The translations under genes and the position numbers were made by a program. The notes below the pieces were generated by a model. It saw only the letters and a program-made list of their open reading frames with translations, was not told the origin of the DNA and made no database searches. From Macrostomum lignano (lineage: Eukaryota), in contig NIVC01000778.1 in the NCBI GenBank assembly GCA_002269645.1, positions 248,001 to 312,000 on the forward strand: a stretch of DNA of 64,000 nt, in the 5' to 3' direction. Below are positions 1 through 12,645 of the stretch, in pieces. Position 1 is the first letter of the stretch; the number at the start of each line of letters is the position of its first letter.

Positions 1-251
1 ACTGTACTCAAAGTTTTTTAATATTGGCAAGCCGTAAACGGCCGTGACCCTGGTGATTCACGTAACCTGGAAACCCAGTCAGAGATCCCTGGAAACCCAA
101 ATAGAGATACCTGTAAAAACCCAGCTAGAGATCCCTGGAAACTCAGTTAGAGATCTAGCCAAACCCGACTATCTTAAAAACCATAAAAAGCGTCGTCTAA
201 AGCGATCCCTGAATCCCGTCTTAATTATCTCTCCCAAAAGTTCCTCGCCGG

Positions 252-871
252 TCACTCAACGCTGGAATAGGCGGAGCTCTTGTTCAACCGAGTGGCCAAG
301 AAGCCGCACACGATAATTAACACGCAGACGGCCAGAATGCCTGAGATCACCATAATAACTGTGCTTCTGGCCTGCTTATTCGAGTCGGCCTCGCATAGGA
401 ATGCTGCAAATTTTACGAGTACTCATTGCTGTATTATTAAGGCAATGCCACTATCTAAAAGGATGATTCTTTGAGTTAAAAATCCAAATACCTTGTTGCG
501 TTCTAACCCTCCTATTCTCACTCTCATATGTTTGTCTCTCCTCCACCCATCTCCCACTGCCAATCGCTCCCCTATCTTAGTCGCCCACCATCTCACTTTC
601 TCACTCTCCCCATCTCATTCTGTCCTAATCTCATTCCCTCTCCATCTCACTCTTTCCCTATCTCATACTCTCTCCATCTGACTCTCTCTACCCATCTCAT
701 ACTCACCCCATCTGAATCTCTATCCTAATCTCGTAGTCTCTCCATCTCACTCTCTCTCTTATCTCACTCTCTCGCTATCTCACTCTCTCCCCATCTCACC
801 CCACCTATCTCACTGTCTTCCCATCTTACTCTTCTCCCTAATCTCATTTTCTCTCCATCTCACTCTCTCCT

Positions 872-949
<78 letters not shown>

Positions 950-3868
950 ATTGTGCTCTTCTCCAACACTCACGTCCTTCCAGCAACCCGCCCTTCGGTG
1001 CGGTGGACTTGAACACGTCAATCTGAACTTTAGGAAACATAACTGTGGCGCACGGACGTTGAGTCTTCTTCTTCAAGGAAGTCTTATGCGGTTGAAGCTC
1101 CGAACTGCCCGTCTGATGGAGTTGGACGAACTCTAAAGATTCGCACTTGAAGGTCAGGCCGAGAGGCGAGGCGAAAAGGAAGGTTCGACCTTTGCTGACG
1201 AATGTTATTACGGGGTCGACGCCTAGAATTCGAAAGTAGGAAGAATATTTACGCCCGTATAATTACAATTGATTACGCCTGCCTAATAGGGAGATGTGCA
1301 ACCGAAAGCTCAGCCGCAGCTATTGCGCGACGCATCTGAAGGCTGCGTGCGGCTGTTCAGTCCAAGGACTGGGGGGGGGGGGGGGGGTCGCCACACACAC
1401 CCTTAATTACCCTAGCTAATGCTGGCACAAAACTGTTCCTAGTGGGCCGAGTATCGAACCAACGACCTTTCAGTCGTGAGTCGACGCTCTAACCATTCAC
1501 TAGGTTGCAACTCATTTTGTAAGAAGAGAGAAGAAAATCATTTTAGTTAATTGGCTGAATAATCATCATCAAAACCCACGATTCTTCAGCTGGAGCCGCT
1601 ACCCACCCCCCACGATCCTTCAACTGGAGCGGACTACCCAGCCCCAACCCCCATGATTCTTCAACTGGAGCGGGCTACCCACCCCACGGCCCCACCCCCA
1701 GCCCCCATGATCCTTCAACTGGAGCGGGCTATATACCCCCAACCCCCATGATCCTTCAACTGGAGCGGGCTACCCACCCCAACCCCCATGATCCTTCAAC
1801 TGGAGCGGACTACCCAGCCCCAACCCACATGATTCTTCAACTGGAGCGGGCTACCCACCCCCAACCCCCATGATCCTTCAACTGGAGCGGGCTACCCACC
1901 CCACGGCCCCACCCCCAACCCCCATGATCCTTCAACTGGAGCGGGCTACCCACCCCACGGCCCCACCCCCAACCCCATGATCCTTCAACTGGAGCGGGCT
2001 ACCCACCCCACGGCCCCACCCCAACCCCCATGATCCTTCAACTGGAGCGGACTACCCACCCCCAACCCCCATGATCCTTCAACTGGAGCGGACTACCCAG
2101 CCCCAACCCACATGATTCTTCAACTGGAGCGGGCTACCCACCCCATGGCCCCACCCCCAACCCCCATGATCCTTCAACTGGAGCGGGCTACCCAGCCCCA
2201 TACCCCATGACTTTTCAAATAGAGCGGGCTACCCAACTCCCAACCCCCATGACTCTTCAACTGCCCACCCCAACCCCAACAATTTTTCAGCTGGAGCGAC
2301 GCTACCCATGCCCAAATGAAAAATAATAAAAAAATTAATTGCAACTCCCCACCTGGCCCAATGCTGGCGTTCGCAAAGACAGGATCTCTCAAATCGACAA
2401 TCAGCGTCAGTCGGTTGATGAAATTGTAGGCAGCAATAGACTGAAATTAGAATTTTTCGGATAATTACTTTTGTATAAAGCTTTCTCCAATTAGCGTATG
2501 AACAGTATTTAAAACTTACAGTCATAATTTGCGAACTGTAAAAGTTCTGAAGTGAAAATAGCAGACAAGTAGATATATTTTATATCGTTATGTTCTTAGA
2601 CAATCGCAAGAAGATGAAAAAGTATATGCCTATTAAAAACTAAAGCCAAATTTAATACATCCTGAATATCCTTTCTACACCACCTGCGTCTATATAGTAC
2701 ACCATCTGAACCCATTAGTACACTACCTGATCACATTAGTACACCACCTGAACCCACTAGTACACAACCTGATCCCAGTAGTACACCACCTGAACCCACT
2801 AGTACACAACCTGATCCCATTAGTACACCACCTGAACCCAGTAGTACACCACCTAAACCCACTAGTACACAACCTGAACCCATTAGTACACCACCTGAAC
2901 CCATTAGTACAACACCTGAACCCATTAGTACACCACCTGAACCCATTAGTACACCACCTGAACCCAGTAGTACACAACCTGAACCCATTAGTACACCACC
3001 TGAACCCATTAGTACACCACCTGAACCCAGTAGTACACAACCTGAACCCATTAGTACACTACCTGATCACATTAGTACACCACCTGAACCCAGTAGTACA
3101 CAACCTGAACCCATTAGTACACCACCTGAACCCAGTAGTACACAACCTGAACCCATTAGTACACTACCTGATCACATTAGTACACCACCTGAACCCATTA
3201 GTACACCACCTGAACCCATTAGTACACCACTTAGAACACCACCCGAACCCCAGTGAGTGCAAACTGTCACAGCTATCAGGTGCACCTCCTGTCTGAAGTC
3301 AAATCTCAGCCGGAATCTTCCAGAATTCCAGGTCAGCAGCACCCAAGCGGTTTCATTTCCGCAGCGACCGCTAATCTTAGTTGTTTCATTGGCAGTCGGA
3401 CTTCTCAGTTCCGGCATGGTAACAGTTGCTAGGCAGTCGGAGGTGAAGTTAGCGCACCTGTAGGGCACATTGACGCTCAGAGATAGATCGGCGCTTACGC
3501 ATTCTGTGCCATTTTGAGCTGACAGACTGAAGTGACACTCGGCATTGCTGCAGCTGATTCTGGTAGCTGTGGAGGCAGAAGTTATTAATAAATAATTTAT
3601 TAAAATAGTTAGTATCTGTGGATAATCATGATCATAGGCCAACCCCCAAGGCGCAGAGGGTGTGCATGCCTGACCGATTAGAAAGTCAAAGGGCCGCTGT
3701 ACACTCTGTGTGAGCGTGTGTATGAATTCGTACCTGCGTGCAGTATTGGCCTGTTTGTGTGTGCTCAGTTTTCAAGGGCATCTTGTCAATCTTGTCAAAC
3801 TTACCGCTAATCAATGAAATTGCTTGAACAACAAAAGCAGATACGAGCACAAAGACAGCAAAAGACAT
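252..3868 (-). CDS. LAMP: LAMP-family (lysosome-associated membrane glycoprotein) type I membrane protein with a single LAMP domain, 277 aa, 5 exons
   Basis: Exons 3868-3805, 3566-3286, 2440-2353, 1222-974, 403-252; all introns GT-AG with consistent phases (1,0,1,1). Signal peptide MSFAVFVLVSAFVVQAISLIS; LAMP-like motifs CVSADL, GRCGNETAWVLLTW, LRFDF, FASPLGLTFKCES, VQIDVF, FLCEAD; TM helix VIMVISGILAVCVLIIVCGFLA; short tail RLNKSSAYSSVE with YxxV; many N-glycosylation sequons. Symbol is family-level only. Confidence 0.85.
505..948. repeat. CT-rich low-complexity tract ending in a (CT)n microsatellite (LAMP intron 4)
   Basis: Degenerate CCATCTCACTCTCT units followed by near-pure (CT)n at about 875-944. 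Confidence 0.9.
1285..1504 (-). mobile_element. tRNA-derived SINE
   Basis: Minus strand 5' end CCTAGTGAATGGTTAGAGCGTC...AAGGTCGTTGGTTCGATACTCGGCC has Pol III A-box and B-box (GGTTCGA) in tRNA spacing, followed by a non-tRNA body; 3' boundary approximate. Confidence 0.7.
1575..2310. repeat. C-rich minisatellite, about 38-52 bp unit (CCCATGATCCTTCAACTGGAGCGGGCTACCCACCCC...), LAMP intron 3
   Basis: Direct tandem copies visible; G-rich on the sense (minus) strand. Confidence 0.95.
2696..3250. repeat. 21-bp minisatellite (GTACACCACCTGAACCCATTA), LAMP intron 2
   Basis: About 26 tandem copies; explains the CTNGFRW and GSGGVLM repeat ORFs. Confidence 0.95.
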
Positions 3869-4213
3869 TTCTTTTAATGACTATGAAGGAATTTCAATTT
3901 TTAAAACAAATTGTTTGATTTTTTATAATTTTGCAAAGTCCTGTTGTCTCTGCAGCGATCCAGCCAATGCTCCCTGGGGCCTTGCGCGAGTGTTGCGCGG
4001 CTCTGCCAATACTCAGCCGGCCCTGTTTTATCTGCAGTTTTTCCGCGTGTGCAGACTGCAGGTTTATCATTGCTGTCCCAGCCTCCCTGAGGGCCGCCGG
4101 GTTGGGTTGGGTGAGAAAAGATGAGGGGAAGAGAGGGGGGAAAGAGTGAAGCAAGTGAGGCTGGCCAGGTTTAAGGACATCGAGATAAAGCATCTGAGAA
4201 GGGAAACAAGGAA

Positions 4214-4674
<461 letters not shown>

Positions 4675-4813
4675 GGCAGAGATAATCCACTCCAGATAAC
4701 AATATTCCCAGTGCTCCATGTCTCTCAGGCTGCATAAAAGGTTTTATTTTCCACACACCCCATCCCCTGAGTCTGCAGCTGAGCACACTGGAATGCGAAA
4801 TGGGATTCACAGC

Positions 4814-5287
4814 CTAAAGGCCAAAAAGCCCCTCAATTAATTCTGTCATTCTCCCATCCAAATCCAGCAACTCAGCTTTGCATTGGTGCTGCATGCAGTG
4901 TGCGCAGACTCTGAAAGTATGGACAAGAAAAATATTAGCTAAAGCCCTTAGAGTCCACGGCAATAGTGTATCTATCATTATGCATTGATATCTCTGTCAC
5001 CACTCATCCCCATAGTTCAACCCCACCCTACCCGTAAAAATGTTAAAAATTAAAAATAAAAATTTATAGAAAAGCCTTACCCAACTACTCGCAAGACCAA
5101 CGAACCTCGTCTACATTCTGTGTTTTTTGGTGTTTGAGAGTTCATTATTGATTTTTCTGACTGAAATTCTCGTCACGGGGATGAGAATCTTGTCTATGCC
5201 TTTTTCTTTCCAGGCATGCGCCTGTGTAAATTCACCCTTTCTACCCAAGCCTACATCAATTTGAAAGCGATAAATGCGTGGCTGCAT
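4814..5287 (-). CDS. Possible small spliced ORF of unknown function (about 61 aa, Cys-rich), very tentative
   Basis: Exons 5287-5236, 5117-5081, 4910-4814 are phase-consistent with GT-AG introns and give MQPRIYRFQIDVGLGRKECRRGSLVLRVVGVCAHCMQHQCKAELLDLDGRMTELIEGLFGL*. No family recognised; could be chance. Confidence 0.2.
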
Positions 5288-5380
5288 GACTGCAGAACTA
5301 CGGAGAATTTTATTTATCTAATTTACTGTTATCTAGTTTTAGCAACTTACAATTCCACAACTTCAAAAGAACTTCAATTT

Positions 5381-5785
5381 GGGGGCCCATCACAAGCTCG
5401 AAAAATCACATCGTCGAAAAATTTAGCATCACAAGCTTGAATAGGGTCGGGGTTAGAACTAGTGCCTTTAAGTTAGGGTTTAGGGTTAGGTTAGGGTTGG
5501 GGTTAGGTTGTGGTTCAGGGTTAGGCTAGGGTACTGGTGCCTTAGGGTTAGGGTTAGAGCTTGTGCCTTTTCGAGCTTTGCTAAACTTTTCGACGATATG
5601 ATTTTTCGAGCTTATGACTTTTCGAGCTTGTGATGGTGGTTGCTAAATCAGTTTTCGACAATATGATTTTTCGAGCTTATGACTTTTCGAGCTTGTAATG
5701 GTGGTTGCTAAACTTTTCGACGATATGATTTTTCGAGCTTGTGACTTTTCGAGCTTGTGACTTTTCGAGCTTGTGATGGCGACCC
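5381..5785. mobile_element. Non-autonomous inverted-repeat element with subterminal TCACAAGCTCGAAAA repeats and an internal degenerate (TTAGGG)n tract
   Basis: Left GGGGGCCCATCACAAGCTCGAAAAATCACA versus reverse complement of right end GGGTCGCCATCACAAGCTCGAAAAGTCACA; telomere-like tract at about 5470-5560; no TSD seen. Confidence 0.7.
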
Positions 5786-5794
5786 AGTAAACTT

Positions 5795-6645
5795 TTTCAA
5801 AGTTTGTACACTATCTTTAAAGTTTTTACACTATCTTTAAAGTTTGTACACATTATCTTTAAAGTTTGTACACTATCTTTAAAGTTTGTACACACTATCT
5901 TTAAAGTTTGTACACTATCTTTAAAGTTTGTACACTATCTTTAAAGTTTGTACACATTATCTTTAAAGTTTGTACACACTATCTTTAAAGTTTGTACACA
6001 CTATCTTTAAAGTTTGTACACTATCTTTAAAGTTTGTACACACTATCTTTAAAGTTTGTACACTATCTTTAAAGTTTGTACACACTATCTTTAAAGTTTG
6101 TACACACTATCTTTAAAGTTTGTACACTATCTTTAAAGTTTGTACACTATCTTTAAAGTTTGTACACACTATCTTTAAAGTTTGTACACTATCTTTAAAG
6201 TTTGTACACAATCTTTAAAGTTTGTACACTATCTTTAAAGTTTTTAGATCTCATTCAAAGTTTTTAAATCTCATTCAAATTTTGTACATCTCATTCAAAG
6301 TTTGTGCATCTCATTTAAAGTTTGTACATCTCATTCAAATTTGTAAATCTCATTCAAAGTTTGTACATCTCATTCAAATTTGTAAATCTCATTCAAAGTT
6401 TGTACATCTCATTCAAATTTGTAAATCTCATTCAAAGTTTGTACATCTCATTCAAAGTTTGTACATCTCATTCAAAGTTTGTACATCTCATTCAAAGTTT
6501 GTACATCTCATTTAAAGTTTGTACATCTCATTCAAAGTTTGTACATCTCATTCAAATTTGTAAATCTTATTCAAAGTTTGTACATCTCATTCAAAGTTTG
6601 TAAATCTCATTCAAAGTTTGTACACCTCCTTCAGAGTTTGTACAT
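5795..6645. repeat. AT-rich 19-23 bp minisatellite in two subtypes (TTTAAAGTTTGTACACTATC, then TCATTCAAAGTTTGTACATC)
   Basis: Tandem copies with a visible switch of unit type near 6250. Confidence 0.95.
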
Positions 6646-6956
6646 CTTCAAAGTACTCGTATGTACGTTAGGTACGTAATAGGTACATTATCCTTGAAAG
6701 TTGTACATTTATCTTCAAAATCATTATAGAATATTATAACAAGTCTACTGCATAGCAACGATTTATTATAAAAGATTTTCAAATCGAATTGAGTGAAATA
6801 ATTCATATATTTAAACATAATACAAATAATACATACTGTACTACACTTGTATTAGATTTTGCGTACTACAGTACCAATACAAAACATTCGAGTGTTTTTA
6901 AGATCAACAGTCCAAGAGATTCACTTGAAATTCTAATGAAATTGTCAGTTTTAGGT

Positions 6957-7542
6957 CTACATCGATCTGTTTAGCGGCTGCACAAAATCGTGCATAAATA
7001 TGCTTTCAGTGAGCTGCAGAAACTGCACAGAATCTGCTCGACGAACTTTAGAAGTTGAAGAACTGCTGTGAAAAGGCGCCGATGTCAGGAGCACCTGAGC
7101 CTGACCAAGCCGCAAGCCAGCGATGAGGTTTAATCCGCTAGCAACCATTGGCGATGTGATCTGCTTCATCAGCTTGTACTCCAGCCACATCTGCTCCTGA
7201 GCTGGGAAATCTTTCATCGCTGAAGTTCGAACACTTGGCAGATCTTTGCCAGACACCGGGTCGGCTTTGAACGGAGCGCAGATCATTGAGAAGCTGGCGG
7301 TAGACTTCAAAGAGCAGGCTAACTGGCACAGTTCCCGAAGAGCAGTTGAGTCCATCTGAGAGGTGATTAAACACACCTGGGTGTGCTCATCGGATAGCCA
7401 GCGAAATAGCAGCGACTTCAGCATCGGCCAAACGTAATCTGCCGTTGGCTGCACCGAAGGAATTTTGGCGCGTTCGATTCGCGAGTCCAGAGCCTGGCCC
7501 TGCCACTGGAAGGTGGGTGATTGATAGATGTTCTACTAACTG

Positions 7543-7632
<90 letters not shown>

Positions 7633-7682
7633 CAACCAACTAACTAACTAACTAACTAACTAACCAACTCACTAACTAACTC

Positions 7683-7768
<86 letters not shown>

Positions 7769-7846
7769 CAACTCACTAACTAACTAACTAACTGACTAAC
7801 TGACTAACTACCTTACTAACTAACTAACTAATTAACTAACTAATTG

Positions 7847-7905
<59 letters not shown>

Positions 7906-7933
7906 GACTAACTAACTAACTAACTAACTAACG

Positions 7934-7973
<40 letters not shown>

Positions 7974-8050
7974 GACTAACTAACTAACCAACCAACTAAC
8001 TAACTAACTAACTAACTGACTGACTAACTAACTAACTAACTAACTAACTG

Positions 8051-8085
<35 letters not shown>

Positions 8086-8749
8086 GACTGACTAACTAAC
8101 TAACTAACTAACTAAGTGACTGACTGACTTACTGACTGACTGACTAACTAACTACGAAACAAACTAGCTAACTTAACTATCAATAAACTGTTACTGCCAG
8201 GACTAAAATGCTTACCAGACCATCAAGAACCCCGCCAGCGATCTGCCTGTCGTCTCCATATCGGTCACCCGATGATGCGCGCAGCGGCAGACTTAGATCT
8301 ATTCTATCTTCGTCCGCAAACTCATCGCCGTACCAGTCGGCGGTGTCCTTGAACCCGTCGTAGGCTCTCAACAACTTCAGAAATCGTTTTTTAATCCATT
8401 GCAGCACGTGCGGACCAGAAATTTCTAGTAGGCCGGTAGATAAATTTAAACAAATGGTGACGTCATCGACACGGATTAGCAGCCGATCGGCGCCCGTCTC
8501 GCTATCCCGGCCGCGGTGATAGTGCACCCTGTCTGTGGGATAATTATCCTTATGCTGCAGTACCTTGATCCAGAACATGGCCAAGGCTACTGAGCCATTG
8601 GCTTCCAAGGATTTGATGGCCACCCAGTTAGTTTGCAGGTCGACTCGAACTCCTAATCCAGTTTTCTCGCCAACAAATCGTTTCACATAGTCATCCAGGT
8701 ACTGGAAGCTCAACTTCTGAGGGCTTCTGGCTCTGGTGTAATGACTCAT
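6957..8749 (-). CDS. Uncharacterised protein of at least 360 aa; probable TBP-like N-terminal domain plus degenerate PLD/nuclease-like C-terminal domain
   Basis: Exons 8749-8216 and 7505-6957 joined by a phase-0 GT-AG intron (GTAAG donor 8215-8211, AG acceptor 7507-7506). Motifs VTICLNLSTGLLEISGPHVLQWIKKRF and NLIAG...QVLLTSAPFH. An upstream acceptor at 8765-8764 leaves the frame open, so the N-terminus may extend. Gene structure solid, domain calls inferred. Confidence 0.7.
7535..8180. repeat. (TAAC)n microsatellite filling the intron of the 6957-8749 gene
   Basis: About 650 bp of ACTA/ACTG repeats. Confidence 0.98.
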
Positions 8750-9149
8750 CTCTTTTGCTGTAGCTGAAATATTAAATCATTCATTTTTATATAGAAATTC
8801 TTTTTATTTTCATGATAAGGTAATCAGAAAATCGAACTAAAATTACGGCATCTATAGTTAAATAACAAAAAATTAAACTATAAATAAATTAAACTTAAAA
8901 TTAAATGTATTGACTTCAAGTTTAGAGGCTTTGATTAAGATAGATTTATTACTTATGTTACTATTTTTCCTTAAAGTTTGTTTGTTTGTATTATCTTATT
9001 AAAAACATGACAGAACACTTTATTTGTAAAATATTAATAGAAGATTATATAAATGCCTATTTTGTTAGGCTAAATCAGGACAAGCCAAACTATAACAAGG
9101 ATTATAACATATCACTAGCCAAATTTTCTCAATGTTCACTTTGAGAACA

Positions 9150-9191
9150 AACAAACAAACAAACAAACAAATTAACTAACTAACTAACTAG

Positions 9192-9237
<46 letters not shown>

Positions 9238-9335
9238 GACTGACTAACTAAGTAACTAACTAACTAACTAAATAACTAACTAACTAACTAAATAACTAAC
9301 TAACTAGCTAACTAACTAACTAGCTAACTAACTCA
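9150..9335. repeat. (AAAC)n grading into (TAAC)n microsatellite
   Basis: Direct observation. Confidence 0.95.
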
Positions 9336-9342
9336 CAGGTAA

Positions 9343-9493
9343 ACTGGGTGGACACCCTACCTGCAAAGGTAATTCGACTGGGTGGACACCCCACCTGCAT
9401 AGGTAATTCGACTGGGTGGACACCCGGGACACCCCACTGGCATAGATATTCAACTGGGTGGACACCCCAATAGCATAGATAATTCAACTGGGT
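9343..9493. repeat. Short tandem repeat of about 34 bp (ACTGGGTGGACACCCCACCTGCATAGGTAATTCG), about 4.5 copies
   Basis: Repeated ACTGGGTGGACACCC core. Confidence 0.85.
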
Positions 9494-11049
9494 CGAACTC
9501 CATATTTAAAAAATTGCACTTTTACACTGTATACATAGTTACACTATGTATGAAAACATTGAAATATTTATTCTTAAGAACCAAGTTTACAATAAATTGT
9601 TAATTGTACATTTGTTCTATTTTAAATATGAAAGAAAGCATATGATGCACATACCCGTGAAGTTAAATTACTGTCGTGTGTTTAACGATACGCAAGCTAA
9701 GGTTGGCAGTTGACGGGTTGACACAAAAATAGACACAAATAATCCGGTGAGGCACTTATCAGTTAATGCCGGAGTACTAATAAAGTTAAATTTTTGTATT
9801 TATAATAGATACCGTCTCTAAGAAGTATAACAAAACTAATCATTTTTATTAGCGAGAACAAAAGGGAAAACAGAATGTCAATGTTACCAGTGTGATTTTC
9901 ACATTTTTTGTAGTTTAAAGTATATGATTTTATTTCGAAACATTCTTATGAAGCATCTACACCAAGATATTACTTCCGAGAATGATTATATCAAACGTCA
10001 GCCGTATATACACGTTAGGCGGTATAGAACACGGCAAAAACCGCCTATAAGGCAGTCCGTATCATGCTATATGATACAGTAGCATGCTATAGACCGCCTT
10101 TTTTATGCGCACAAGGGCCAAATATGGCACAAATTTGAACAGACGTTTCTGCTTATTTTTTAGTTCACTAATGCAAAGTAGGCCTAGCGATTTTACTAAC
10201 CTACTACGCTACTATTCTCTAGTACAGTATTTTAGTGTCACTAGAATGCTAGATAAATATTAGGTCAGGATGACTTAGTTACAAGTGTAAGTGTTAACAT
10301 TTAACATTATTTTATGTAGGCCTACTAGTACTAAGTACTAGCTGTTTATTATTTCCACAATATTAATAGGCCCAGCGAATTAATATTAGAACAGGAGAAC
10401 AATACGACTCGACTTAAAGTTCAATAAGTGAACTTGGATGGCGCTCAGTTTCAGTTTGTAGCTAGGCCTATGCACAATTTTGTAACTGAATGCAATAACT
10501 GTGTGACTAAGCTAGGCCTAGGGCTATATATTCAATATTCTTTTTTCTGAACCCTGAATCCTGAGTTTAGGAGAGAAACTATTTAGTAAAGCTAGCTATA
10601 TTGATAGATATATTGAACAACCATAATTTAGGGTTCTAATATACTATACTAATAGCCTATTATATATATTCCATAAATGGATGTATTTTTTATTTTTTAT
10701 TTTATTGATAAATTGGGTTCTATTCTACTATTTTATGTTATAGGTTAAGCCTGAAATTAGTATTTAGTATTTAGAGGTTCTATATTTTTTTAACCTTCCC
10801 TTTCCCCATAACCTGCTAGCCTTCCCTACATGGTTACACCCTACTGCCCTTTACCATACCTTACCCTGATGGCCTTCCTACAACACTTGCTACCTTTTCT
10901 TATCAATACAAGCCTTTCCCATACCTTGCTGCCCTTCATTGTCTTTTATGGGCCTTTTCCATACCCTGCTGTCTTTCACAAACCTTGCTGCTCTTCAATG
11001 TATCCTGCTTGGCCTTCATTGTATATTGTTGGCCTTCCCACATGGCTAC

Positions 11050-11925
11050 ACCTTGCTGGCTTTTCCCATATCCTGCTAGCCTTCCCCACACCCTGCTGTC
11101 TTTCCCCATACCCTGCTGTCTTTCCCCTACCCTGCTGTCCTTCCCCACACCCTTGCCAGCCTTCTTTACTCCTTGCTAGATTTCCCCACACCCTGCCAGC
11201 TTCCCCACATCCTGCTGGCCTTCCCTACTCCTTGCTACCCTTCCCCACACCCTGCTGTCCTTCCCCACACCCTGCTGGCTTTCCTTACTCCCTGCTACCC
11301 TTCCCCACACCCTGCTGTCCTTCCCCACATCCTGCTGGCCTTCCCTACTCCCTGCTACCCTTCCCCACACCCTGCTGTCCTTCCCCATCAATGCAGGCCT
11401 TCCTCACTCCCTGCTACCCTTCCCCACACCCTGCTGTCTTTCCCCACACCCTGCCTGCCTTCCCTACTGCTGGCCTTCCCCACACCCTGCCTGCCTTCCC
11501 TACTGCTGGCCTTCCCTATTTCCTGCTACCCTTCCCCACACCCTGCCGGCCTTCCCCACACCCTGCCGGCTTCCCCACTTCCTGCTGGCCTTCCCTACTC
11601 CCTGCTACCCTTCCCCACACCCTGCCGGCTTCCCCACTTCCTGCTGGACTTCCCTACTCCCTGCTACCCTTCCCCACACCCTGCAGTCCTTCCCCACACC
11701 CTGCCTGCCTTCCCTACTGCTGGCCTTCCCCACACCCTGCCTGCCTTCCCTACTGCTGGCCTTCCCTATTTCCTGCTACCCTTTCCCACACCCTGCCGGC
11801 CTTCCCCACACCCTGCCGGCTTCCCCACACCCTGTCAGCCTTCCCTACTGCTGGCCTTCCCTATTTCCTGCTACCCTTCCCCACACCCTGCCGGCCTTCC
11901 CCATACCCTGCTGTCATTTCCCACA
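11050..11925. repeat. C-rich minisatellite of about 20 bp (CCTTCCCCACACCCTGCTGT variants) within the left arm
   Basis: Tandem variants; source of the 472-aa Pro-rich pseudo-ORF. Confidence 0.95.
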
Positions 11926-12473
11926 CCCTGCCACTCTACCTCTCACAGGCTACCCCTCCCAGACAGCCCTCCCAGACAGCCCTCCCAGACAGCCCCTCCA
12001 GGCTAACCGGACTCTACCCCTCCCAGGCAGCCCTTCCGGGCTTCATCTCCCACTCAACCTCTTCCAGACAGCGCTCCCAGGCTACCCTTCCTGGCTACTC
12101 TTGCCAGGCTACCCCTCTTACTCAACCCCTCTCAGGCTCCTCTCCCACTCTACCCCTCCCAGGCAGCGCTCCCCCTTCCATGGCAACCACTTCCAGGCTA
12201 TCTCCCACTGTGCCCTTGAGTACTGTCTCCATTTATGTTCAAAACTGAGAAGATTGTTTCGTTTCCGTATTATTTAAAAATATAACACTATGCATCGTTA
12301 TTTACTTCAGACGCTTCACTCTCACCATTTCAGGTGCGTACATGCGAGTCAGCTAACGCTGACGCCGCACTTTGTATTCGGCTTTCCAACGGGGAACTGT
12401 GCGTTTATGAAAGCCATTTGGGATTTGGAATGCCAGAAAAGAAATTCTATTTTGCAAGGATCCGATAAATGCT

Positions 12474-12645
12474 GCCGCTTCGGCTGCAGTGACCACCGGC
12501 TCAAGCGGAGGACGATCGCAGGACTGTCTGCTGCCTGCCGCTTCGGCTGCAGTGACCGCCGGCTCAAGCGGAGGACGATCGCAGGACTGTCTGCTGCCTG
12601 CCGCTTCGGCTGCAGTGACCGCCGGCTCAAGCGGAGGACGATCGC
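12474..12645. repeat. 63-bp GC-rich tandem repeat, about 2.7 copies (inverted copy at about 19130-19270)
   Basis: GCCGCTTCGGCTGCAGTGACCGCCGGCTCAAGCGGAGGACGATCGCAGGACTGTCTGCTGCCT repeated. Confidence 0.9.

Noticed and set aside
1441-1504. Functional tRNA gene
   Set aside because: The acceptor and anticodon stems do not pair well, and it runs into a SINE-like body rather than a T-run terminator.
5470-5560. TTAGGG-like tract (and CCCTAA at 38446 and in each macrosatellite unit) as a telomere or telomere-fusion scar
   Set aside because: Short, degenerate and embedded within inverted-terminal elements.
10830-12248. 472-aa Pro-rich ORF, and its 1053-aa and 743-aa inverted counterparts at 19106-22267
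   Set aside because: Translations of a C-rich minisatellite that happens to lack stops; several frames are open at once and length differs between arms.
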